DNA from: Terriglobales bacterium
GTDB taxonomy: Bacteria; Acidobacteriota; Terriglobia; Terriglobales; Acidobacteriaceae
Reading direction: 5' to 3'
Assembly (NCBI GenBank): GCA_035517775.1
Contig: DATIYF010000017.1
Coordinates: 14,743-78,742, forward strand
Length of the DNA: 64,000 nucleotides
Both the position numbers and the translations under genes were made by a program. This document shows, in pieces, positions 37,211 through 47,397 of the stretch (positions within the stretch are counted from its first letter, which is position 1; every line of letters starts with the position of its first letter). The notes under the pieces were generated by a model, which saw only the letters and a program-made list of their open reading frames with translations, made no database searches and was not told where the DNA came from.

Positions 37211-40200
37211 ATGATTTCCCGAAGCGCTCTGCTGATCGTCATTCTGTCGCTCGCCGGTATTTTTGCCGCTGGCCCGCAAGCCGCCAAGCCCGCCGACCCC
37301 GCCGAGGCCGCCCGCCTTAACAACCTGGGCACGGCTTACATGAACCAGCAGCTTTTCGAGAAGGCGCTGAAAGCTTTCCAGGACGCTGCTGCGGCCGACC
37401 CAAAGCTGGAAATTGCGCAACTGAACCAGGGAATCGCTCTGCTCAATCTAGGCAAGATCGAGCCGGCCAAGGCGATTCTTGAGGCCGCTGTCAAAGCTTC
37501 TCCCGGCGATCCGCACGCCTGGTACAACCTGGCCATGCTTTACAAAAACACCAGCGCCACAGAGGCCGCGGAGAGCGCCTTCCAGCGCGTACTCGCCATT
37601 GACCCCAATGACGCTGACACCTGGTACTTCCTGGGAACCGTCTTTTCCCAGCTGCGCCAGTTTCCCCAGGCGATTGACGGCTTCCATCATGCCCTCGCCT
37701 TGAATCCGCTGCACGCCTCTGCCGAGTTCGGTCTCGCTCGCGCCTTGCAGCAATCCGGCGACGCCACCCAGGCTCGCGAGCATCTGCAACGCTTCCAGCA
37801 CATCACGCAAGACAAATTGGGTTCGCCCATCAGCCTGGCCTACGGCGAGCAAGGCAAGTATTCGCTCGCCGAGCAATCGCCCCTGGCGCCGCAGAGAGTC
37901 CTGCCCGAGATTCCTGTCAAGTTCATAGATGTCACGCGTGAGAGCGGACTGGCGACTGCAGCAGCTCCTTCCTCAGGTTTTGACTTTACCTACCTCGGCC
38001 CCGGCGCCTGCTTCCTGGATTATGACGGCGACGGCTCGATTGATATTTTTCTTCCCGGCGGCGGGTCGCAGGGAGGCATGTCTCTCTATCGCAATCTGGG
38101 CAACGGCAAGTTCGAAGATGTGACCAGGCAGGCCGGACTCGATCCTTCCCTTCATGGCCTGGGATGCGCTGCCGGCGACTATGACAACGACGGCTTTCCC
38201 GACCTTGCCGTAACTGCAGAAAGCCGCATTTTTCTCTTTCACAACGAAAAAAATGGCAGCTTCAAGGATGTTTCCGGGCAAGCGGGGGTAATTCCTGCCG
38301 GCGCGTCTTCCGCGAAATCTGAAGTCGAAGCTGTCGGCGTTACATTTGTTGACTACGACCATGATGGCGATCTCGATTTATATGTGACCAGGTCCGCCCC
38401 AGCTAAGTACCGGGCGTCCTCGGGCCACACGGGTTACAACATCATGTGGCGCAACAACGGCAATGGCACGTTCACCGACGTGACCGATTCCGCCGGCTTG
38501 TCGGGCAACAGTTCGAGCGTCGCCGCCGTGGGCACGGACTTCAACAACGACCGCGCGGTTGATCTGGTGGTGACGGGTTGGCCCAAGGGAACTACGCTCT
38601 TCGAGAATCCGCGCGAGGGCACTTTCAGGCAGGCGGAGCTCTGGCCTGCCCACTCGCCCTCGCAAGCCCGGGGCGTTGCTCTGCTTGATTTCGATCACGA
38701 TGGCTGGATGGACCTTGCCATCACCAGCGAAGACGCGCCCGCTCTCACTCTTTGGCGTAACCACCAGGGCACGAGCTTCGAGCCGGCAAGCCTGCCCGAT
38801 CCCCACTGGCTCCGCGCCTTTGGAGTTGCCGCTTTCGACTACGACAATGACGGCTGGGTGGATCTTGTCGCGGTTGGCGAGACGAAGGAAGGCAAAGGCG
38901 AAGCCCACCTGTTCCGAAATCTCGGCCGCGGCGGATTCAAAGACGTCACTGCCGAGGTCGGCCTCGACAAGATCAAATTGCAGGACCCTCGCGCCATCAT
39001 CACCGGCGACTTGGACAATGACGGCGCCACCGATCTGCTCATCACGCAGAGCCGGGGTCCGACCGTGCTTCTGCGCAACCAAGGCGGCAACAAGAACCAC
39101 TGGCTTCGCCTGGCGCTGACAGGCCTCAACGACAACAAGAGCGCCATCGGCACGAAAGTGGAAGTCTTCTCCGACGGCATTCGGCAGAAGTTTGAGGTCG
39201 CCGGTTCCTCCGGCTATCTCGGCGCGAACTCGCCGTATTTGACCATCGGCCTCGGCCAGGCCAGCCAGGCTGAGATCCTCCGCATGCTCTGGCCCTCCGG
39301 CGTTCTGGAAGATGAAGTCGAAGTCGCCGGCCTGCGCCAACAGTCTTTCACTGAACTCGACCGCCGCGGCAGCTCCTGCCCCACATTATTTGCCTGGAAC
39401 GGCGAGCGCTACGAGCTCGTCGGCGACATGTTGGGCGCCGGCGTCGTGGGTCACTGGATCGGCCCCCACCAGCGCGACATTCCCCGCCCCGTCGAATACA
39501 TGAAGATCAATCGTGGCGCCATCCGCGAGAAAAATGGAAAGCTCAGCTTCCGCTTCATGGAGCCTCTCGAAGAAGCTGTTTATCTCGACCAGGTAAACCT
39601 GCTCGCCGTGGACCATCCTGCCGGCCTCGACGTCTATCCCAACGAATACTTCGCCGACAATCCGCCTTATCCGGAATTCAAAGTCATTCTCAGCCGCAAT
39701 GCCCGTCCCCCCGCGGGTGCCTGGGATGGCGCCGGCCACAACGTCTTGCCTGACCTTCTTGCCCATCGCTACATCGGCGGCTTCGACCTGTTGCCCTTCA
39801 AGGGATTCACCAAACTCCACAGTCTTGAGCTCGATCTCGGCCAGCCTTACGATCGCGGCCCGCTCTGGCTGCTCATGCACGGCGAAATCGAATACTTCAC
39901 CGCCACGGGAATGTATGCCGCCTGGCAATCCGGCCTCGAGCCCATCTCGCCCTATGTGGAAGCGCTAGGCGCAGATGGAAAATGGCGGAAGGTCGTCAAC
40001 GACCTCGGTTTCCCCGCCGGCGGACCACGCACCATGACCGCCGACCTTACCGGCAAGCTGCCGCGCGGCACGCGGCGCATCCGCATCTGGACCAATCTGC
40101 AGATTTACTGGGATAGCATTCTGATTGACCGCGCCAGCCAGAAGCTGCCCGTTCGCCTGACCCCGCTTCCGCTCACCCACGCCCAGCTTGACTTTCACGG

Positions 40201-40663
40201 TTTCCCGCTGAAAATCGAAGGCCACCCTCCCGGCAATGTCAAATACATTTATGAGCAGGCCAGCGCCACCGGCCCCTACACCCGCCCGGCAGGACTCTAC
40301 ACTCGCTATGGCAATGTGCTGCCGCTTCTGACCGCCCGCGACGACCGCATGGCCGTTTTCGGCTCCGGGGATGAAGTTGCCTTGGAGTTCGATCCTGCAC
40401 ATCTTCCCGCGCTGCCCAGCGGCTGGGTGCGCGACTACTTCTTCGCCGCCCACGGATATGAAAAAGATATGGACTTCTACGCCGCCGAGGGAGAAACCGT
40501 GCGCCCGCTGCCCTTCCGCAAGATGACCGGTTATCCTTATCCCGCGCGCGAGAGCTTTCCGCTCACGAGTTCTTACCTCGACTATGTTCTTAACTACAAC
40601 ACCCGCTACATGTCGGGCAAAGAGGCGCGAGGATACTCCTTCGACTATCCTTCCGCAAAATAG
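37211..40663 (+). CDS. secreted TPR + FG-GAP/VCBS repeat + UnbV/ASPIC protein with large C-terminal extension
   Basis: Start moved to ATG 37211 (MISRSALLIVILSLAGIFAAGPQA is a signal peptide), because the ORF-track N-terminus (37154) is encoded by the intergenic repeat. TPR repeats, DYDNDGFPDL-type repeats, ASPIC-like LRLALTGLNDNKSAIGTKVEVF, then ~470 aa of unassigned domain. Confidence 0.85.
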   Translation: MISRSALLIVILSLAGIFAAGPQAAKPADPAEAARLNNLGTAYMNQQLFEKALKAFQDAAAADPKLEIAQLNQGIALLNLGKIEPAKAILEAAVKASPGDPHAWYNLAMLYKNTSATEAAESAFQRVLAIDPNDADTWYFLGTVFSQLRQFPQAIDGFHHALALNPLHASAEFGLARALQQSGDATQAREHLQRFQHITQDKLGSPISLAYGEQGKYSLAEQSPLAPQRVLPEIPVKFIDVTRESGLATAAAPSSGFDFTYLGPGACFLDYDGDGSIDIFLPGGGSQGGMSLYRNLGNGKFEDVTRQAGLDPSLHGLGCAAGDYDNDGFPDLAVTAESRIFLFHNEKNGSFKDVSGQAGVIPAGASSAKSEVEAVGVTFVDYDHDGDLDLYVTRSAPAKYRASSGHTGYNIMWRNNGNGTFTDVTDSAGLSGNSSSVAAVGTDFNNDRAVDLVVTGWPKGTTLFENPREGTFRQAELWPAHSPSQARGVALLDFDHDGWMDLAITSEDAPALTLWRNHQGTSFEPASLPDPHWLRAFGVAAFDYDNDGWVDLVAVGETKEGKGEAHLFRNLGRGGFKDVTAEVGLDKIKLQDPRAIITGDLDNDGATDLLITQSRGPTVLLRNQGGNKNHWLRLALTGLNDNKSAIGTKVEVFSDGIRQKFEVAGSSGYLGANSPYLTIGLGQASQAEILRMLWPSGVLEDEVEVAGLRQQSFTELDRRGSSCPTLFAWNGERYELVGDMLGAGVVGHWIGPHQRDIPRPVEYMKINRGAIREKNGKLSFRFMEPLEEAVYLDQVNLLAVDHPAGLDVYPNEYFADNPPYPEFKVILSRNARPPAGAWDGAGHNVLPDLLAHRYIGGFDLLPFKGFTKLHSLELDLGQPYDRGPLWLLMHGEIEYFTATGMYAAWQSGLEPISPYVEALGADGKWRKVVNDLGFPAGGPRTMTADLTGKLPRGTRRIRIWTNLQIYWDSILIDRASQKLPVRLTPLPLTHAQLDFHGFPLKIEGHPPGNVKYIYEQASATGPYTRPAGLYTRYGNVLPLLTARDDRMAVFGSGDEVALEFDPAHLPALPSGWVRDYFFAAHGYEKDMDFYAAEGETVRPLPFRKMTGYPYPARESFPLTSSYLDYVLNYNTRYMSGKEARGYSFDYPSAK

Positions 40664-40664
40664 G

Positions 40665-40678
40665 CCTTCCTTGTGGTT
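40665..40678 (-). repeat. weak, truncated copy of the AACCAC-(CRRAGG)n repeat just after the stop codon
   Basis: The reverse complement reads aaccacaaggaagg. Confidence 0.35.
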
Positions 40679-40750
40679 CCTTCATTCTTTCTTACGGAAT
40701 CGTTTTAACATTGACAATTTCCCGTCCCCCATAATCCAATAACCGGACGC

Positions 40751-42103
40751 ATGGAAACCCAAACCGCGTCGTCCCCGGCTCCGCGCCTTCGCCGTTCGCT
40801 CACTCTTTCGGATCTCATTCTCTACGGCGTCATCGTCATTCAGCCGGTGGCGCCCATGTCGGTCTTCGGCGTGCTCAGCGAGCGCGGCCGCGGCCACGTG
40901 GTCACCACCATTCTGATTGCAATGATCGCCATGCTCTTCACCGCCATCAGTTACGGCCGCATGGCGCGCGTCTATCCCAGCGCCGGCTCCGCCTTCACTT
41001 ACGTCGGCCAGGAGATCAACCCCGCCCTCGGCTACGTCACCGGCTGGAGCATGGTCATGGATTACATGCTCAACCCCCTGATCTGCATCATCTGGTGCAG
41101 CGGCCAGGCGCACGTTTTCGCGCCCGGCATTCCCTACTGGGGCTGGGCGATCTTCTTCGGGGTGGTCTTCACCGCTCTCAATATTCAGGGAGTCAAGACC
41201 TCGGCCCGCGTAAACTCGGGGCTGGCGGTGGGCATGGGCGTGGTCATCACCATCTTCTTTGTCGCCGCCGCGCGCTACATTTTTGGCCATCCTCATGACG
41301 GTGCGGCTTTTTTCACGCGCCCTTTTTACGATCCCCAGATGTTCGACGCTCGCGCCGTGCTCGGCGGTACGTCACTTGCCGTCCTCACCTACATCGGTTT
41401 CGATGGCATCTCTACTCTCTCCGAAGAGGCGGAGAACCCTCGCCGCAACATTCTGCTCGCCACTGTGCTCACCTGCCTGACCATCGGAATTCTTTCCGCC
41501 ATCGAGGTCTACGTCGCACAGCTTCTGTGGCCGGCCTCGCAACCCTTCCCGAACGTGGATACCGCCTTTACCTTCGTGGCCGGGCGCGCCTGGCCGCCGC
41601 TGTTCGCCATCGTCGGCTTCACGCTGCTGGTGGCCAACTTCGGCTCGGGCATGGGCGCGCAACTCGGCGCGGCCCGCCTGCTCTATGGCATGGGCCGCAG
41701 CGGCGCCCTGCCGCGCTCATTTTTCGGAGTGGTGGACCCTAAACGGCATGTGCCCCGCAACAATGTGATCTTCGTTGGCGCTATCGCTCTGGCGGGGGCG
41801 TTTCTCATCACTTACGGCCTGGGGGCTGAGATGCTCAACTTCGGCGCGCTCATCGCCTTCATGGGGGTCAACGCCGCTGCTTTCGTCCACTACTTTCTTC
41901 GTGGCGCGGAAAAGAAAATTACCCACCTCGTGCCGCCGGTCGCCGGATTTCTCATTTGCCTGCTGCTCTGGCTGAACCTCAGCCGTCCCGCTAAAATCGC
42001 CGGCGTCATCTGGATGGCCGCGGGCATCGCCTTCGGCGCCTGGAAGACTCGCGGCTTCCGCGGCGATCTGGTGAATTTCGATTTGCCGCCTGAAGAAGTC
42101 TGA
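40751..42103 (+). CDS. APC-superfamily amino acid/polyamine permease
   Basis: 450 aa with ~12 TM helices. N-terminal LTLSDLILYGVIVIQPVAPM is typical of APC transporters. Confidence 0.88.
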   Translation: METQTASSPAPRLRRSLTLSDLILYGVIVIQPVAPMSVFGVLSERGRGHVVTTILIAMIAMLFTAISYGRMARVYPSAGSAFTYVGQEINPALGYVTGWSMVMDYMLNPLICIIWCSGQAHVFAPGIPYWGWAIFFGVVFTALNIQGVKTSARVNSGLAVGMGVVITIFFVAAARYIFGHPHDGAAFFTRPFYDPQMFDARAVLGGTSLAVLTYIGFDGISTLSEEAENPRRNILLATVLTCLTIGILSAIEVYVAQLLWPASQPFPNVDTAFTFVAGRAWPPLFAIVGFTLLVANFGSGMGAQLGAARLLYGMGRSGALPRSFFGVVDPKRHVPRNNVIFVGAIALAGAFLITYGLGAEMLNFGALIAFMGVNAAAFVHYFLRGAEKKITHLVPPVAGFLICLLLWLNLSRPAKIAGVIWMAAGIAFGAWKTRGFRGDLVNFDLPPEEV

Positions 42104-42240
42104 CCCGGGAGGGCGCGGCCGGGAGGGCCCGACTTCAGCCGGGCCAACAACAAACCCCGAACAAGCTGTCATTCCGAGCGCAGCAGAAATCTGCTTTCCT
42201 TGCGCAAATGCCACTTCAATCGCCAATCAGCGATCCTCTC

Positions 42241-44979
42241 TCACTCCACATTCCACCCGCTTACCTCGACCACTGGCTTCGCCCCGCGTAGCGCAGCAGC
42301 GCTATAGGTTGCCGTGATCACCCGCTTCTCTCCCGGCAGCAGCGAGAAATAATTGTCCTGCCAGATCACGGGCAAAATCTCTTCTCCCTTCTTGCCCGTC
42401 ATCCACAAGTAGGTGGTTTGGTTTCCGCTGGCGAGCGGCAGCATGCTCTCATCGGCGCCCCGATCCACTTTCAGCCGCACCAGAAACGCCAGGCTCGCGC
42501 CCGGGTTCTCTACCGTCACCTGCGTGACCCCATCATCCCCCTGCCGTTCCGTGCGGCTGCTGACCTTCAACTTCACCTTGGGCAGCTGCGAGAGCGCCGT
42601 AAAATCCGCGTAAGCAGTAACCGGCGTCATGTACCAGGTGGATTTCGCCCAATCCAGTGTCTCCGGCTTAGTGGAGAGCCAGTAGAAATTCGATCCCACC
42701 AGCTTGCCGCTCGCGTCGTTCAGCCGCAGCGCCAGAAAATAGGTGGAACTCAAATCCGCAATCTCCGGCAAAACGAAAATCCTGCTGCTGCTGTCGGCCG
42801 GCGCGTCGAGCTCCGCCTCCCTGGAAAACTTCTCCGTCATATCCAGGTTGTAAACCTTTGCCGTCAGCTTCAATTCTTTGGCGTCTTCGTACTGGCTGCT
42901 CACCACCCAGATGGCATGATCGTCGTAACCATAGAGCGGATGCAGTGCCTCCATTGCCTTCTTCGCGCCGAAATAGCCCCCGCCCGGCCGCAGATAGAAG
43001 TCATACAAATGCCAGATCAGCGACGGCCAGGCATTGTTCAGCATCCACTGGATTACGCCCGTCGAGGTGTACTTGTTGCGGCTGTAGGCCTCGTACATGG
43101 CGCGCACGCCTTCGTAAGTCATCGCCTGCGACTTCATGGCGAAATCCGGCGCGCTCTGCGCCTGGCCGTAGCGGGCGTTCAGGGCATCAGCAAAGACGTG
43201 GATGTCTTTGAAGGCTCCCCCGCCGGCATGAAAGTTCCACCAGTCGTCAATCGGCCACAGGTGCTCCTTGCCCAGCATTGTCTCCAGGCTTTCGACCGGC
43301 GGCACCGCCGGCCCCATGCTGGTTTCGGTATTAAAGCCATAGCCGCCGCCGCACCCGCCCAGGTTGCAGGTATCCTGCGGATGCGAGCCCATCGCATCCT
43401 CTTCCCAATAGTCCGGCGGCACGTAGCCGTAGGGTCCGGTCATCTTCACCCCACTGTTTCCTGTCACCGAGGTAGGCTTGGCCGTGGCCGAGGAAATCGT
43501 CGGGTTCGGCCACATCAGTTCTTTCTCCACGTTCAAATACGTCTGCTCCACATCCGGCGGCGGCGGATTGTCGCTTCCGTTCAGCCATACCAGCAGGCTG
43601 GGATGACCACGCAGCCGGTAAATCTGGTCCCGCAGCGACTGCTCCGCAATCTTGAAATCGGCCGGCTTCCAGTTCGGCCAGTGCTCCCAGTGCGAGCAGC
43701 AGACCCAGCCCGCCATCACCAGAATTCCTTCGCGGTCGGCAGTGTTGAAAAATTCCTTCCGCTCCAGGGTGCCCTCCAGGCGAATCGTGTTCAGTCCCAT
43801 GTCCTCCACGTAGCGGAATTCCTCCTGCATGCGCCGGGAGTTTTCACGCAGCAGCATGTCCGGCGCCCATCCCCCGCCGCGGATCAGAATCTTCTTCCCG
43901 TTGATGGAGAACAGCCGGTGGGTGTTGGCATCGAGCTCTGAGGTGATTTCCCGAATGCCGAATTGCGTCTCGGAGCGGTCCGAGACCGCGCCCTCCGCAT
44001 CCACTTCCAGGTTGAGCCTGTAAAGCTCCGGCTTGCCCATCTGCGCCGGCCACCACAGCCGCGGATGGCTTACATTGAGCTGAGGAAATTGCTCCGGCGT
44101 AAAGCTCACATCCTTCGCCTCGCCGGGCGCCAGCGCGATCTCCTGCGAGAACTGAATGTCGCCAAGCGCGCCTTTCAGGGTGCCTTTCACGGTCTGGTCC
44201 GTACCGTTCTTGAGCAGCGCGGTGACCGTCAGGTGCGCCTCATCATTCGCCGGTGAATCCACCTTGGAAATCACCGCCGGATAGCGCAGCGCCACTGGCC
44301 CGCTGGCCACGATCTCGACCGCCCGCCACAGTCCCATGTTCTTGTCCGGCGGCGCCGGGTTCCAATCCACAAAATTGGTCGCAAGATCATCAGGCAGCGG
44401 TGAAAATACCTCGACTGCGAGCACATTGGCTTTTCCAACGGTCACAATATCGGTGATGTTGAATTCATACGTGCGCCAGGCCCCCGCGGCCTCGCCGATG
44501 TTCGCGATCTGCTTCCCGTTCAGCCAGATGTTGGCCCTATAGTTGATTCCGCCAAAGTCAAGCCAGATCACCTTGCCGTGGTCGCTTGCCGGCAGCTCGA
44601 ACCTCTTCCGGTACCACCACGGCACCATGAACGGGCTGTCCTGGGCCATGGCGATGTTCGAAAAATTGGCCCCGATGGGATAGGTCACGCCGGGGAAGGA
44701 GCGCAAATTCATGCCGAAGTCAGGGTCGGGATAAACCTTGTCTTTCACCAGCGCCGCCAGCACGGTGGTGGGTACGCTGGCGGGATACCATCCCTCGGGC
44801 TGAAATGCGGCCGTCGAAATCGTCTCGCCTTTCTGCTCCACTTTGCAGGAAGACTGCAACTCCCACCCCTCGCCCAAGTTCAAAGAAGCCGCTGCCTGGG
44901 CGTGTTGGGCCGGTCTCTGGGCAAGGGCAGGGAAGCAAGCAAGAATCAGAAACAGCAGCGGCAGTTTGCGTTTGAGCAT
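42241..44979 (-). CDS. glycoside hydrolase family 2 protein (exo-beta-D-glucosaminidase / beta-mannosidase-like)
   Basis: Signal peptide. GH2 sugar-binding-domain motifs WWYRKRFELP and NIWLNGKQI. TIM-barrel segment NTIRLEG...WLNGSDN. 912 aa. Confidence 0.85.
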   Translation of the reverse strand: MLKRKLPLLFLILACFPALAQRPAQHAQAAASLNLGEGWELQSSCKVEQKGETISTAAFQPEGWYPASVPTTVLAALVKDKVYPDPDFGMNLRSFPGVTYPIGANFSNIAMAQDSPFMVPWWYRKRFELPASDHGKVIWLDFGGINYRANIWLNGKQIANIGEAAGAWRTYEFNITDIVTVGKANVLAVEVFSPLPDDLATNFVDWNPAPPDKNMGLWRAVEIVASGPVALRYPAVISKVDSPANDEAHLTVTALLKNGTDQTVKGTLKGALGDIQFSQEIALAPGEAKDVSFTPEQFPQLNVSHPRLWWPAQMGKPELYRLNLEVDAEGAVSDRSETQFGIREITSELDANTHRLFSINGKKILIRGGGWAPDMLLRENSRRMQEEFRYVEDMGLNTIRLEGTLERKEFFNTADREGILVMAGWVCCSHWEHWPNWKPADFKIAEQSLRDQIYRLRGHPSLLVWLNGSDNPPPPDVEQTYLNVEKELMWPNPTISSATAKPTSVTGNSGVKMTGPYGYVPPDYWEEDAMGSHPQDTCNLGGCGGGYGFNTETSMGPAVPPVESLETMLGKEHLWPIDDWWNFHAGGGAFKDIHVFADALNARYGQAQSAPDFAMKSQAMTYEGVRAMYEAYSRNKYTSTGVIQWMLNNAWPSLIWHLYDFYLRPGGGYFGAKKAMEALHPLYGYDDHAIWVVSSQYEDAKELKLTAKVYNLDMTEKFSREAELDAPADSSSRIFVLPEIADLSSTYFLALRLNDASGKLVGSNFYWLSTKPETLDWAKSTWYMTPVTAYADFTALSQLPKVKLKVSSRTERQGDDGVTQVTVENPGASLAFLVRLKVDRGADESMLPLASGNQTTYLWMTGKKGEEILPVIWQDNYFSLLPGEKRVITATYSAAALRGAKPVVEVSGWNVE

Positions 44980-45378
44980 AAGTGCATTCCTTGAAAGCTC
45001 GGTCTGGTTGTTCCTGACCTGGCGTCTGGTGGTCTTAGAAGGCCAGAATCATCAATTAATTCGTTTTAATGATTCGTTTCAATTTACAAGACCGCTTGCG
45101 CCTTTTCCAAGTGTAATTGCGAATCTTCTCGCCGGGCGGTCACATTGTTGCCGGGCACGATGAATTTCGCTATCCCCAACCTTCGATAGCGGTTTGAGCA
45201 AAATGGGTCGTATCAGAGCATGGCCTTCAGCCATGCCGGGGAAGAGCAAGAAAACAATTCCCGCGCCCGTATGGCGTAGCCATCACGGCAAGCCGAGGCA
45301 CGGGCAGGGCGCCTTTTCCGCCCGCCGCCGTAGTTTATAATCAACAGTTCTCCCGCCAACTCCTGGAGTGACGCAAAG

Positions 45379-47358
45379 ATGATCCGATTCCTGCAAACCC
45401 CCGGGCCGCTCAAGAAAATCATCCTTGGCGGAATTTTGCTGGTCATCTGTGGCGCCATGGTCATCACCCTGGTGCCCGGAGGGTTGGATTTCGGCTTCAG
45501 CGGCCCGGGCAAGGGCGTCCTCGCCCAGGTGGCCGGCCAAGACATCACCACCCAGGAAGTGGATAAACAGGCCCGGCAAATGTTGCAGCAGCAATTGCCG
45601 CGCGGTGGAGAGCAGGCCGCGGCCCTGCTGCCTTTCTTCGCCTCCCGCGCCGCCGAGAACATGATCAACGAAAAGGCCATCGTCGCGGAAGCCCAGCGTA
45701 TGGGTCTGCGCGCCACCGATGAAGACGTGCGCGACGAGCTGCAGCACGGCCAATATGCCGCCGCCTTCTTTCCCGGCGGCAAATTCATCGGCCAGGATGA
45801 ATATGAGGCCCGCTTGCAGCAGTACGACCTCACCGTTCCCCAGTTCGAAGAGGAAGTGAAAGAAGACATTCTCTTCACTAAGCTGCGCGACCTGGTCACC
45901 GGCGGCGCCGTCGTCACCAATGCCGAAATCCACCAGGCATTCCAGAAGCAGAACACCAAGGTGAAGTTCGAATATGCCGTCCTGAAAAAAGACGACGTTC
46001 TCAACGGCATTCACCCTGCCGAGCCAGAGCTGAAGGCCTTCTACGACCAGAATAAAGCCTCCTACAACAACTCCATTCCCGAGAAGCGCAAGATCGAATA
46101 CGCCATCTTCGATTTCAGCAAGCTGCAGGATCAGGTTACCGTCTCGCACGCCGACCTGCTCGAGTACTACGACGAGCACCGCGATGAGTACCGCGTCCCC
46201 GAGCAGGTCAATGTCAGCCACATTCTGATCAAGACCCCGCTGCCCGGTCCGGACGGCAAAGTCGATCCCCAGGGCCTGGACGCGGCCCGCAAAAAGGCCG
46301 ATGACCTTCTGCAACAGCTCAAAGCCGGCGGCAACTTTGCCGATCTGGCCAAGAAATATTCCGAAGACACCGATAGCGCCAAAAACGGCGGCTCCCTGGG
46401 CTGGATTCAGCGCGGCCGCTTTCCTTCGCCCGATCTTGAAAGCGCCGCCTTCTCTCTGCCCAAAGGCGCCACCAGCGGCGTCATCAACACCGGCTACGGC
46501 TTCGACATCATTCATGTGAATGATAAGCAGGACGCCCACATGAAAACCCTGGAAGAAGTCTCCAGCGAAATCGAGCCCGTGCTCAAGCAGCAGAAAGCCA
46601 CGCAGATGGCCCAAAGCCAGGCCAACGCGCTGGTCACGCAGTCGCAGAACGGCAGCCTGGAAAAAGCGGCGGCCGCCAAGGGCCTGTCCCTCATCACCAC
46701 CTCCTTCGTGGCCCGCAATGACGCCCTGCCGGGCATCGGCGACTCCCGCCCGCTCATGGATGCCATCTTCACCGAGCCCCTCAACACCCCCAACGACGTT
46801 CAGTTGAGCTCGGGCTTCGCCGTTTTTCAGGTGCTTCAGATTCAGCCGCCCTCGACGCCCACCTTCGATGAAATTCAGTCCCGCGTTGAGCAGCAATTCA
46901 AAAACCAGCGCGCCGCCTCTCTCCTCACCCAGAAAACCCAGGAGCTTTCCGACCGCGCCAAAGCGGAGCACGATCTCAAGAAGGCCGCCAAGGAGCTCGG
47001 GGCCACGGTGAAGACCAGCGACTTCGTGCTGCCCACCGACCAGGTGCCTGATATCGGCGCCATGTCCGGCTCCGCCGCCGTCGCCTTCAACCTCAAGCCC
47101 GGCGAAATCAGCGGCCCCCTCGATAATGGCGATAGCGGCGCCGTGCTCTCCCTGCTCGACCGCCAGGAGCCCAGCGATCAGGACTATGCCGCCAAGAAAG
47201 ATCAGATTCGCGCATCCCTCTTGCAGAACAAGCAGGGGGAACTCTTTGAGATGTTTCTCTCTGATCTGCGCACTCGTATGGAGAAGTCCGGCAAGATCAA
47301 AATCAATCAGGATGAAATGAAAAACCTCACTCGCCCGCGGGGCGAAGAGGGCGAATAG
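45379..47358 (+). CDS. membrane-anchored periplasmic chaperone / peptidyl-prolyl isomerase, PpiD-like
   Basis: N-terminal TM ILGGILLVICGAMVITLV. Parvulin core VSHILIK...GGSLGWIQRGRF...GYGFDIIHV. SurA-like flanking domains. Confidence 0.85.
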   Translation: MIRFLQTPGPLKKIILGGILLVICGAMVITLVPGGLDFGFSGPGKGVLAQVAGQDITTQEVDKQARQMLQQQLPRGGEQAAALLPFFASRAAENMINEKAIVAEAQRMGLRATDEDVRDELQHGQYAAAFFPGGKFIGQDEYEARLQQYDLTVPQFEEEVKEDILFTKLRDLVTGGAVVTNAEIHQAFQKQNTKVKFEYAVLKKDDVLNGIHPAEPELKAFYDQNKASYNNSIPEKRKIEYAIFDFSKLQDQVTVSHADLLEYYDEHRDEYRVPEQVNVSHILIKTPLPGPDGKVDPQGLDAARKKADDLLQQLKAGGNFADLAKKYSEDTDSAKNGGSLGWIQRGRFPSPDLESAAFSLPKGATSGVINTGYGFDIIHVNDKQDAHMKTLEEVSSEIEPVLKQQKATQMAQSQANALVTQSQNGSLEKAAAAKGLSLITTSFVARNDALPGIGDSRPLMDAIFTEPLNTPNDVQLSSGFAVFQVLQIQPPSTPTFDEIQSRVEQQFKNQRAASLLTQKTQELSDRAKAEHDLKKAAKELGATVKTSDFVLPTDQVPDIGAMSGSAAVAFNLKPGEISGPLDNGDSGAVLSLLDRQEPSDQDYAAKKDQIRASLLQNKQGELFEMFLSDLRTRMEKSGKIKINQDEMKNLTRPRGEEGE

Positions 47359-47397
47359 CAGGCTGCCCTCACAAACGGAGTTTCTTCAGGAACGTAC

